The position numbers and the translations under genes were made by a program. Below, one piece after another: positions 1-8,689 of a stretch of DNA of 23,288 nucleotides. The stretch is from Planctomycetota bacterium. GTDB taxonomy: Bacteria; Planctomycetota; GCA-002687715; DRQF01. The notes below the pieces were generated by a model, which worked only from the letters and a program-made list of their open reading frames with translations, did not search any database and was not told the DNA's origin. Within the stretch, counting starts at the first letter, position 1. Each line of letters starts with the position of its first letter. The stretch lies in NCBI GenBank assembly GCA_027001995.1, contig JALTLO010000084.1:1-23288 (forward strand), given 5' to 3'.

Positions 1-99
1 GATGAGCTCCATATCTCGGAAGGCGCAACCAAAATTCATTTTCAACGAGGTATCACTTCGTTGCGTCGGCGACTCGCCGGGAAATTGGGAGGACTTTGA
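1..99 (+). CDS. ECF RNA polymerase sigma factor, C-terminal region 4 (5' end outside window)
   Basis: Frame 1 reads DELHISEGATKIHFQRGITSLRRRLAGKLGGL*, matching the region 4.2 HTH pattern (IS.GTVK..L.R....LR). Stop TGA 97-99 overlaps the ATG of the anti-sigma gene. Confidence 0.8.
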   Translation, partial: DELHISEGATKIHFQRGITSLRRRLAGKLGGL

Positions 100-563
100 T
101 GCCGATCGAGCACTACGACACAGAAGAAATAGCCTTGTTTATTTGCGGTGATCTCGATGACCACCAACTCCTGAAAATCGGAACTCACTTGGAAACATGC
201 CCTCAGTGCCAGGAGAACCTCAGAAAAACGAGTCTCCTTTTGGCGAAGATTAGCGATACTGCCTTAGAAGAGCCATACAATATTCCTAGTGGTCAGCCGG
301 TCAGGTCAAATCGGTTCGATCTTCGACCATGGATCCGAGCCGCGGCAGTCATTCTTATCTTCTTGTCAGGAATGTTATTCCAGCGGACAATTTCGCCCCC
401 TTTGGCTGCCACAACAAGTTCAGAATCGCTTGAGCCAAATAAGGAGGCCATAGATCCATCATTGGAAGACATAATGCAATTGATCGCCAAAGCTGAGCTG
501 CAAGACCGCGGTTCGAATGGCTTGGCAAGAGGGCTCTTCGCGATTCGAGCGGCTTCCAGGTAG
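99..563 (+). CDS. Membrane-anchored zinc-binding anti-sigma factor (zf-HC2/ZAS)
   Basis: N-terminal H...HLETCPQC (HxxxCxxC) motif and one hydrophobic segment (WIRAAAVILIFLSGMLF). GGAGG RBS and TGATG overlap with the sigma gene. Confidence 0.85.
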   Translation: MPIEHYDTEEIALFICGDLDDHQLLKIGTHLETCPQCQENLRKTSLLLAKISDTALEEPYNIPSGQPVRSNRFDLRPWIRAAAVILIFLSGMLFQRTISPPLAATTSSESLEPNKEAIDPSLEDIMQLIAKAELQDRGSNGLARGLFAIRAASR

Positions 564-678
564 TGGCATTGCCACAAGTAAGCGCGATCACTGCTTCCTT
601 GACGCTGAAGGCTGCATAGAAGGCCGAACTCGCACCGCAGGCGCCGACATCACAGAGGAAAGATCGATCCGGCTTTCT

Positions 679-1674
679 TCAATTGGGATTTTGAGAAGCA
701 CGGCCTTTGGTCCCAAAGATCGTACTTCCCAAACCCAAGTAGGGATCGTCTAGGTCGGCATTGAGAACTTCTCGGTAGAGCCACTTCGTCAGCTTGGCTG
801 GGGTGGCGAGAGGATACTGCAACAAACGACTGTGAATCAATCGACGCCGATGCCTCTCATTCAACTTGGTGTCCTCTTTGATTGCGTCAGCCAAGGTCTT
901 CGAATCATCTAAACGTATCACTGTTTCTTTCTTGGATTCAGAATCACCTTTAATCTTGGTTCGCGTCTGATAGAAGTTCCTCAGTATTCGAATCTGGTCT
1001 TTCTCCAGAAGTTGATTTCCCACGAGAAGATTGAGCCTGACAAGGTCTTGCAACGAAGTCATGTAAGCGGAGGGCTCGTAGAGTCCGGGTAGAATATCCA
1101 AGATCTTGCCTTCTGGACTGCAAACAAAACTGGCAATGTTTCCGTGGAGCGTTCGCCTCACTATCTTTCCGTTTCCAAAGTCGATGGTGACCAAGGGGAC
1201 AGGGCGCAAAGAGATCCATACGGGTTCAAAGTTGTCTTGGATGAACTTCGCTACCTTCTTATTGGAGAACAACACGGTTCTCGCCAGGGCCGCGTTGGTT
1301 CAGGTGAATTTTTCGTTGAGTTGCCCTAAGAGGTAGAAGATAAATATCGGCTTATTTGACTTCAGGCTGGTTCTTTGAGCTTGCTCGAAGGAATCATGCC
1401 AGCGAATATGCCCAGGTCGCACCGCAGGATTTTTGAAGGCCGATACTTCTTGGCCAATCTTTGTATTCCTACCAGACTTGAGTTTCTTCGGACCAAAGTT
1501 CACTGAAGACGAAGCCGAACTGATCCGCTTGATCAGGGGCAACTCGACCGTCATTTTGCCAATATCAAGTTTTCGATGCTTGGCTCCTTTGTCACGCTTC
1601 TCTTGAGCAAACATAGCTCCAATTTGCAGAGACACCAACAAAACCAAGAACCACAAACTTCGCTTTCTCATCAT
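679..1674 (-). CDS. Exported thioredoxin-fold/SelN-like protein with in-frame UGA (candidate selenoprotein)
   Basis: ORFs 1300..1698 and 679..1275 are in the same frame, separated only by TGA at 1302-1300: KPIFIFYLLGQLNEKFT*TNAALARTVLFSNKKVAKFIQDNFEPVW. Signal peptide MMRKRSLWFLVLLVSLQIGAMFA follows a GGAGG RBS. Confidence 0.75.
1263..1299 (-). promoter_or_regulatory. Candidate bacterial SECIS hairpin directly 3' of the UGA
   Basis: mRNA UGA-ACCAACGCGGCCCUGGCGAGAACCGUGUUGUUCUCCA can form CAACGCGG/CCGUGUUG (8 bp, one G-U), or GAGAAC/GUUCUC with loop CGUGUU 23 nt after the UGA. Confidence 0.55.
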
Positions 1675-1739
1675 CTCATCCTCCAACCGTTTTCTCATAT
1701 GTCACGCCTACAAGAATACGCCGCATTCCGATAGTCCTA

Positions 1740-1757
1740 GGTAACAGGCTGGTAACA
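1740..1757 (-). promoter_or_regulatory. TGTTACC direct repeat with 11-bp period upstream of the candidate selenoprotein gene
   Basis: GGTAACA at 1740-1746 and 1751-1757 on the + strand. One-helical-turn spacing is typical of tandem regulator sites. Confidence 0.35.
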
Positions 1758-2004
1758 TTCGATATCACACTCTTACGCCGATTGCTTAGCGAAAAGGTGG
1801 CCCACGTGGGCCTCTCTTGCTTCAATCGTGAGACAGCGTCGTTCGACCATGCCCGATGTTAAAGGTTGGTGGCAAAGGGAGTCGATTCGTGAACAGCCAG
1901 TGCTCTTCCATCTTCTGGGATCATTCACGGCCTGTTAATAATAACGCGACGCCATATCCGGGTCATCGGTGGACAATCGCGAGTAGAGATTCCAATTTGC
2001 CATC

Positions 2005-2831
2005 ATGGAAACGCCGAAGAACGCAAGACTCGTCATCGCAACGGCACAGTTTCCGACGAGCCACATTATCAGTGACAACGCCCAACACATCCTTCGGCAG
2101 ATGAAACATGCCCGAGAGCTGGGCGCCGACGTGATTCATTTCTGCGAAGGAGCTCTATCGGGTTACGCCGGGGTCGATTTTGCCTCATTCGAGCATTTTG
2201 ATTGGGATGAGTTGAAAGAAAAAACGCAAACGGCCAAATTCATTCTCGTTATGATAAGCGATTCTGCTATTCCCCTGATGAATCGCTCAGGGGTGAGTTG
2301 GCCCATTTTTCGCCGGGGAATCATCTCACGACTTTTACTCTCAAAGGAATACTCTGTGGCATCTTGATTTGCCATGAGTATCGCTATCCAGAACTTTATC
2401 GTGAGCTCAAGAAGAACGGTGTCCTACTCGTTTTTCATTCATTCCATGCCGGCAATGTCAACACAGAGCGCCTCGAGGCTATGGAGTCACAGGTGGGCAA
2501 GAAATTTCACGCACTCAACCACGGGAAAACACTTCCCGAGATCACCATGCATGCGGCGATGACAACCCGTGCCTCTAGCAATCATTTGTGGATCAGTGCC
2601 GCCAACACCTCGGCCCCTGAGAGCCAGTGGAGTTCATTTGTTGTGCGCCCGGATGGCGTGACCGTTGGGCGGCTCCCCAAAAATACCGAAGGTATCCTGA
2701 TTACCAGAATTGACGTCAGGAAAGAATTCTATGATTCAACATCGGCTTGGAGAGGCCGCGCCATGGAAGGTCTCTTCTTTTCTTGACAACTTGTGGAAGA
2801 TCCTAGATCTGAAAACCTTACCGAACTGTGA
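2005..2831 (+). pseudogene. Carbon-nitrogen hydrolase (nitrilase superfamily), disrupted
   Basis: Catalytic triad pieces: FCEG (Glu) in one frame; RYDKRF (Lys) and ICHEYRYPE (Cys) in another. Frame switch at ~2228 with an apparent internal deletion. TGA at 2784-2786 is followed by an in-frame tail QLVEDPRSENLTEL*. Confidence 0.8.
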
Positions 2832-2959
2832 CCAGCGACTCTCAGCGCCCATAGAGTCATCGAAGAATCACTCGGCCCTAAGTGCCCGCCAACCCTGAAT
2901 CAAGCAACGTCGATATGTTGAAATAGCCTGAAACGACCCACAGATTCTTCCGAGGATCC

Positions 2960-3290
2960 GTTTCTTAATATATCTCGTTCCTACCGAACCTGAGCAAGCT
3001 CGCGTTTCAGCTTTCGGATTTCTTCGTCGTCGGGCTTCAGCCGGCCATGGCCTGGAATAGCAGCTGCCCCGTCAGCAACGTACTTTTTCTTCCAGGCGTG
3101 TAGGACACTTGAGCACACGCCAAGGCTCTTGGCGACATCTGCCACCGATCGGCCCTGGTCAACCACCAGGGCCATCGCCTCAAGTTCGAATTCGCGATCG
3201 TACTGTTCTCTCTGGCTGGACAGTGAGTGGTCCACCTTTCAAGAGCATCATATGCTCCTATTTCGGTGTCCACTATTTCGGGCAAGATCA
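2960..3290 (-). mobile_element. IS3-family remnant: left IR plus OrfA with premature stop, no OrfB
   Basis: IR-like TGATCTTGCCCGAAATAGTGGACACC starts at 3290 on the - strand and resembles the IS3 IRL. OrfA-type HTH YDREFELEAMALVVDQGRSVADVAKSLGV...WKKKY...EIRKLKRELAQVR*ERDILR. Confidence 0.85.
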
Positions 3291-3452
3291 CCACAACATT
3301 CATGCCAAAACCATCAACATGCCGCTCGCCGACAGTCATACCTGCCAGTTTAACAGCACGAGGACTATCTTGCATTCTCTCACCTGAGTTGACGGTCGAA
3401 TCAAAGAGAAACAGTAAAAGACATTACTCGACAAGCTCACGCCGCGAGCCGC

Positions 3453-3545
3453 GTGCAACAAAATAGTGAGCCTGTAGAAATCCCTGCGGTCGCTGCCCAA
3501 CTTCTGATCAAACTCCTCGAAGAGATGTCTCAGAGACGTTCAGGA
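3453..3545 (+). pseudogene. Possible fragment of an excisionase-family DNA-binding protein N-terminus
   Basis: EPVEIPAVAAQLLIKLLEEMSQ resembles the N-terminal segment preceding HTH_17 in xis-like antitoxins. No HTH follows. Confidence 0.35.
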
Positions 3546-3677
3546 GATGAGCTTGGATGTTTGGTGGACGGTCTTAGTTCGGCGCCAATGTTGTCATGGT
3601 TGAGTCATCATTGGCATGAACTTGGCCGCGCGCTAATCGTTGACACCATTGGTCATTGTGGAACTGCCTGGGCACAG

Positions 3678-3706
3678 AAAAAACCCGCGTTGTTGGGCGC
3701 GGGCTT
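3678..3706 (-). terminator. Rho-independent terminator
   Basis: - strand AAG CCCGCG CCCAACAA CGCGGG TTTTTT: GC stem followed by a U6 tail. Confidence 0.7.
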
Positions 3707-3734
3707 CATCGTATTTTTGTCTTTGGACGGTGGA

Positions 3735-3756
3735 GCTCCCTGAGTTGGACTCTCAG
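3735..3756 (-). other. Candidate att site resembling a tRNA 3' end (Asn-like, or Ala/tmRNA-like)
   Basis: - strand GAGTCCAACTCAGGGAGC reads as part of a T-loop, T-stem, acceptor strand and discriminator G, followed by TCCACC. It contains CTGAG-N7-CTCAG dyad symmetry and lies just 5' of the terminator. Confidence 0.5.
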
Positions 3757-3888
3757 TCGAACTTTTCGAAAGAAACTCCACATCGACAGAATCACGCCAA
3801 AATTATCCGTACGATGTTTATTCACAGTTACTTATAGCAAGTACAATCGCTTAGAACGGGTCAACCAGGAAAACGAGACCTTACTATC

Positions 3889-6309
3889 TCAGAGGTATCC
3901 CATGGCACGATAGCCCCGCAGTCTTCTTTGATACATCTTTGCCAAGGAAGGCACATTCTCATCGACATAGTCAACCACCCGCACATGGGTCTTCGAGTCA
4001 TGAACGCGATGCAGTCGGCCGACATATTGAACAATCGTTCCCTTCCAGGAAACAGGCATCGTCAAAAAGAGAGTATCTAAACGGGCGACGTCGAACCCTT
4101 CGCCGGCAAAAGGACCAGTGGCAAGAATCAAGAGTTCCTCTTCTATAGAGGCATTCGCAACCGTCGCCATCGCTAGCTCACGTTTCTTCACGGTCATGCC
4201 CCCGTGAAACACGACGACATTTTTGGTGAGAGGTCGCAGTAATTCTGATAGTACATTCAAATGATCTCGACGCTCCGTCAGAACGATGGGTGTCCGCCCC
4301 TCTTCCAACGCCAACCCAATGTCATCGACGATCATTGTGTTCCTTGTTTCGTCGTGAGCGAGAGAGCGTCCCAGATCTGATTTAGAGTAACTCGAATCGC
4401 CACCGATCATCCCAAAATCAGTCTGGCGAATAATAAGCTCTCGACTCAATCCAGCACCCCCTGCCGCCTTGGCTGGCATCTCAAACCTTATTGGCCCTAG
4501 CTGAAATCGGATAATCGGGTGTAGACCATCCCGGCGAATCGGAGTCGCTGTCAGGCCAGTCGTAAAACAAGAATTGGAATTCGCCAGGAGCCTTTCAAAG
4601 GAGATCGCCGGAACGTGGTGGCATTCGTCAACCACAACATGCCCATACTGGGCCGTGAAGGAGGCTGCGTCCTTACGCCGAACCACACTCTGGATCATCG
4701 CCACATCCAAATCGCCATTCGCGCTATTCTTCCCCCCACCAATCTGACCAATTTCCTGAGAATCCCAACCGAGAAATACCGAAAGCTGTGCCACCCATTG
4801 CTGCAAGATTTGGGAACGATGAACCAATACGAGAGTCGCCACGTTCCTCTCAGCAATGAGCGCCGCAGCGATCACAGTCTTACCGGCCCCAGGAGGCGCA
4901 ACAACCATACCCGTCTCTTCACCAACCAATCGCGCCACCGCTTCTTCTTGATAGTCTGTAAGACGACCTCGAAATTCCAAAGATAGAGACTTTCCCCGGT
5001 GGCGAACATCCTCTACGTCCATCGTCAATCCATGCTCCACAGCCAAGGACCGCAGAGAATCAAAACAGCCCCGTGGGATACGAAGTAAGTCCCCTGAGGA
5101 TTCACAACAGTCGATGATACGAGGAGTCCGAGCGGTTGACAGCCTGAGAGCCTGTCTCTTGTAGAATTCCGGGTTGTGAAAAACGGCAAGGCTTTTGAAC
5201 TCATGGATAAGCGCCGACGGCAAGCCTTTCGTCTGAATCTCGACCTGACTCCCGAGAACAACATTCAAATCGATATTGAGATCAAGACCTTTACCATGAT
5301 GAAAGCCTCTCTTTTTCTTCTCAATTAAAGGATGCTGGTCACTCTTCTCTTCTCGAGCCAACAACTTATCCAGCTCAGAAGCACTCATCCTTTCTACTGA
5401 TTCAAGATAGCGCCATTGATCGTCAAAGGGAGCGCCAGCATCGTCAATAAAAACAGAGTTGCCTTTTAGCCTAGGCTCACCTTGGAATGGGAGTGCAATC
5501 AAATTTCCCAAGCCACCCTTCGGCATGGTGTCTTGATTCGGAAACAGACGGTCATAGGAGTCAAAAGAAATCTGATGCCGCTTTGACATAGCCGCTTTCA
5601 GGAGCCCGGTGCCCAAGCGTCGCGCATCCCGAGCTTGAACGGCCTCGGCAAAGAACACCCAAACGTGGGCCCCATTCCCAGACCGAGAACGCTCAATAGC
5701 ACAAGGAACATTGTTCTCGCCACAGCTCTCGACAAATGCTCCTACGTCTTCTCGCCAGCCCCCCTTGTCAAAATCAACCGCCAAGAAGAAACAAGTGTCG
5801 TCTGGCAGCAGAGGATAGACCCCAATAACCCGCCGCCCCAAGAGATGCTCTTGTAAGATTCGATCCGTTACAGGCACGTACTTTTGATTCGAACAATCAC
5901 TGCACTTGACTCTTGGCTTATCACACAAGCCGCTCTTCCACTCATTGTCACAGACGGGGGAATAGCCAGACCGATTGGTCTTTCGATTCTTCCAACGCTG
6001 AGGAAAAACATCTTGGCGACCACGAAAGAGACTCTTAAACAGGGCGATCTTCTCTTGAGAACTGAGACTCCCATCCACCCCACAAGCTGCGGAGGACGAT
6101 CCATCGCCAACAAAACCCGCGCTGGTCAATCGTTTCATTTCACCTTGAATCAACAGAATTCGCTTACGCAGATCTTTGGTCTTGGCCTCTTGCTCGCGAA
6201 ATTTCCTCTCAAGCTCCTCAAGCTCAAGAGCCAACGCCCGAATCTCCGAGCCATCACTGTCATCAAGATCTTGAGACATCATTATCCCGCTCGCTCTATC
6301 CCGCCGCAA
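3889..6309 (-). CDS. AEP-type primase (TOTE-associated domain) fused to a DEAD/DEAH SF2 (ResIII-like) helicase
   Basis: FRGRQDVF, GVYPLLPDDTCFFLAVDFD, ERSRSGNGAHVW and YDRLFPNQD...GNLIALP (AEP motifs). APPGAGKT, DECHH, GLTATP and QYVGRLHR (SF2 motifs). N-terminal coiled coil. Confidence 0.88.
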   Translation of the reverse strand: MRRDRASGIMMSQDLDDSDGSEIRALALELEELERKFREQEAKTKDLRKRILLIQGEMKRLTSAGFVGDGSSSAACGVDGSLSSQEKIALFKSLFRGRQDVFPQRWKNRKTNRSGYSPVCDNEWKSGLCDKPRVKCSDCSNQKYVPVTDRILQEHLLGRRVIGVYPLLPDDTCFFLAVDFDKGGWREDVGAFVESCGENNVPCAIERSRSGNGAHVWVFFAEAVQARDARRLGTGLLKAAMSKRHQISFDSYDRLFPNQDTMPKGGLGNLIALPFQGEPRLKGNSVFIDDAGAPFDDQWRYLESVERMSASELDKLLAREEKSDQHPLIEKKKRGFHHGKGLDLNIDLNVVLGSQVEIQTKGLPSALIHEFKSLAVFHNPEFYKRQALRLSTARTPRIIDCCESSGDLLRIPRGCFDSLRSLAVEHGLTMDVEDVRHRGKSLSLEFRGRLTDYQEEAVARLVGEETGMVVAPPGAGKTVIAAALIAERNVATLVLVHRSQILQQWVAQLSVFLGWDSQEIGQIGGGKNSANGDLDVAMIQSVVRRKDAASFTAQYGHVVVDECHHVPAISFERLLANSNSCFTTGLTATPIRRDGLHPIIRFQLGPIRFEMPAKAAGGAGLSRELIIRQTDFGMIGGDSSYSKSDLGRSLAHDETRNTMIVDDIGLALEEGRTPIVLTERRDHLNVLSELLRPLTKNVVVFHGGMTVKKRELAMATVANASIEEELLILATGPFAGEGFDVARLDTLFLTMPVSWKGTIVQYVGRLHRVHDSKTHVRVVDYVDENVPSLAKMYQRRLRGYRAMGYL

Positions 6310-6693
6310 TTATGGGATCACCACGACCTTCCGCAAAACAGCCCCCAGTTTTTTTCCTATTCTTTCTGCGACCCCTTCCGTGGACCTTGCCCATAACCAA
6401 CAAGCTGCTCAGAACCGACGACTGCCGGTGGTTCCTTCGCCATTTTGAATAGAAAAATCACGAAACTCCGGATGACCACGATATGCCCCCAAGTCCCATT
6501 GACAGAGCTGTTGGCCCAGATGAGCAACGAATGGCAATGGGCTCACCGGCCGCATCCTTCGCACTCCAATCAACCACGCAGCCGCGGTAAGGGACTGAGC
6601 TTTTCTTGGCCAAACGGACTTCGGCCCCAACAGCCGCAGCTGAGCCTCCGGGCAGGTGACCCGAAGTCTCGGTCTGACTACAACTTATACAAG

Positions 6694-6735
6694 TAGGCAA
6701 TACAAGACTTGAACTTGTGACCTCGTCGGTGTGAA
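6694..6735 (-). other. att site: 3' half of tRNA-Val(CAC)
   Basis: - strand TTCACAC CGACG AGGTC ACAAG-TTCAAGT-CTTGT ATTGCCT A = anticodon loop (CAC), anticodon stem 3' strand, variable loop, perfect T arm, acceptor 3' strand and discriminator. No D arm or 5' half upstream. Confidence 0.88.
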
Positions 6736-6857
6736 GCCACTAGAAAACCCATTGCAAAAGTCATCCAAGACAATTACCGAAAGCAACTTACAACGGGTTT
6801 ACCGGCTTGCCAAGCCCCTTTGACTCGTGCGCGTAAGTGCTTGGTAATGCGTCACAG

Positions 6858-6876
6858 TCCGGTAGTAATCCGGTAG
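6858..6876. repeat. TCCGGTAG direct repeat with 11-bp period, probable integrase arm-type sites
   Basis: TCCGGTAG at 6858-6865 and 6869-6876, about 120 bp inside the tRNA-Val att site. Confidence 0.5.
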
Positions 6877-7316
6877 CATACCGTGATTCGATCTCACGCT
6901 ATGAGCGACGCGAGAAAAGCGTCTAATTTCCAGTCGACTACTGGTCCTAGGAAACTCATAGGACTGAAGCGATTTTGGCGTGCCATGTCCTGATTAAGGT
7001 TTTGGCAGCAGGTCGACCAAGTCATGCAAGATCGCAAGCTGAATCTGGGCAGTTGGAGCAACTACTTTGGCTTCAGTTTGATTCATGTACAAACACCCCA
7101 TTGTGAGCTGATTCGACCTCCTGAAAACGCCCCTGTGAGATCTTCATGGTCGCCTCTCTTCTTGTGCTCAGAGTGGCTGGTATTGATCCGACTTTGGGTG
7201 ACCTGTCATGAGTGACCCCTGACATCACTGATTTGGCAGTTTGAGATTTTGGGACCCTCAGAATCCGAATTTCGATTTCGAAGTTGACAGAGACCGAAAG
7301 TAGCGGGACTTATCGT

Positions 7317-7582
7317 TGAATCGGCCTGTGTCCCCCGGAGTCTCCAATACTTGAGAGAATGGAATCATGAACAGGCGAAGAAGATTTCCCAAAGAGCCAA
7401 CAGAGCGTGAGGTCCGGATGGTCATGGACCACGAGGAAGACTATCCATTAGACTGGCAGCCATTCGCTCGATTGCTGATGAAAAGATTGGCTGTGCCCCT
7501 GAGTCTCTGCAAAACTGGATGTGCCAGAAGAATGTGGATGATGGCAGTCGTCGCGGAGTCACGACAGCCGAATGTGAAAGAC
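7317..7582 (+). mobile_element. Degenerate IS3-family (IS51-group-like) remnant
   Basis: IR-like TGAATCGGCCTGTGTCCCCCGGAG at 7317. Frameshifted OrfA: RFPKEPTEREVRMVMDHEEDY / AAIRSIAD / KIGCAPESLQNW...GVTTAECER. Confidence 0.75.
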
Positions 7583-7761
7583 ACTCGCAGCAACGTTCTT
7601 CAACTTCACGGCTTTCGTGTGCAACCACCCGCTCACGCGTCAGAAATCACTCGAGGCTCTGTCGCATTTGAATTCTGGATTTCCAGAAAATGGACAGGCT
7701 TACTGTGAATTCGGTTACAGCCATTTGTACTTGGGACCATCCAGCGACAGGCTGAGACAGT

Positions 7762-8405
7762 CTATTCCGATTCGGTTCCCCGAATCACGAAGTCGCCGAC
7801 CTGAACTTTCGTCTGCTTCTTGTCGTATTCTTCCCAATGTCCGCCCGACTGGAAGTCTGCGATCGTCAGCGATAGCCGACTCGAGGATGAACCTGGAACC
7901 CATCTCTTGCCAACTAGTTTGAAGTGACCAACGCTCTGATGCACATGTCGAAGCTCCGCCGTTGCTATCCAAACCTCGGGGGCGACCTCAGCATTCAGAC
8001 TTGGGACTTTTAGAGCCTTGCCCTTCCGGACCACGGTATATTCTTCAAATGTGTCGGGTTCATCCGACCTGACGTCTGCAAAGAAACCACCGCCGATAGG
8101 GTCTAACCTAAGGATCTCGTATCCTCGTTGCTCGGTGGCGCGGTATTCAATCTCTCGCCTGATGTAGGCAGATTGCCCGCCCTTCTGAAGAACTTCGCGA
8201 ATCTCATCCAAGCTCGGCCGACGACCGCGTTCACGATGTAAACAACCTTCCACCAGGATCTTCATGGTTGACGGAATGTTGTCTCTGAGTCGCCCAAGCT
8301 TGGGTGGAGATCTGGGTACTTCAATTGGCAAGACAGGCTTCCGGTCGACCTCGGCATACGGCCGCTCACCAGTGAATTGCTCTTAAGAAGGACAACGACC
8401 AATTT
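7762..8405 (-). pseudogene. Truncated Ser/Thr kinase (C-lobe only) fused to an unknown C-terminal domain
   Basis: LVVVL/*EQFTGERPY (subdomain IX-like, frameshifted) and LVEGCLHRERGRRPSLDEIREVL (subdomain XI). No N-lobe, HRD or DFG seen upstream. Confidence 0.6.
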
Positions 8406-8689
8406 GACGGCATGGGGGAGGCAACAAGCTGCTCCTATGCGCCTTTCAAGTGTGATCGGAGGCAATTAGAGGAGGAACTTGGAGCATAGCAACCACCCGA
8501 CCAAGCTCCCTTGGTCTGTGAGCAAGGGTGTCTGGCATTCAGCCAATGTTCGATTCCACATCGGTAGCCTTCAGGAATTGATCTGAGCGTTCTTGCTTGG
8601 AGAAGTTTGACCGCCTGTCTTGGCCCCGACAAGGCGAGATCGTCGTTGGCCAATCAGTGGTGACGGCTTCTTGTCAGGTCATCGTTCCG

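Noticed and set aside
1300..2786. Alternative genetic code (UGA = Gly/Trp) suggested by two in-frame UGAs
   Set aside because: Many genes end in TGA with coupled starts (97-99, 14109, 17737, 19724, 19825, 22057), so UGA is a normal stop here.
6694..6770. Intact tRNA-Val gene
   Set aside because: Upstream sequence has no D arm and cannot pair with the anticodon or acceptor stems; only the 3' half is present.
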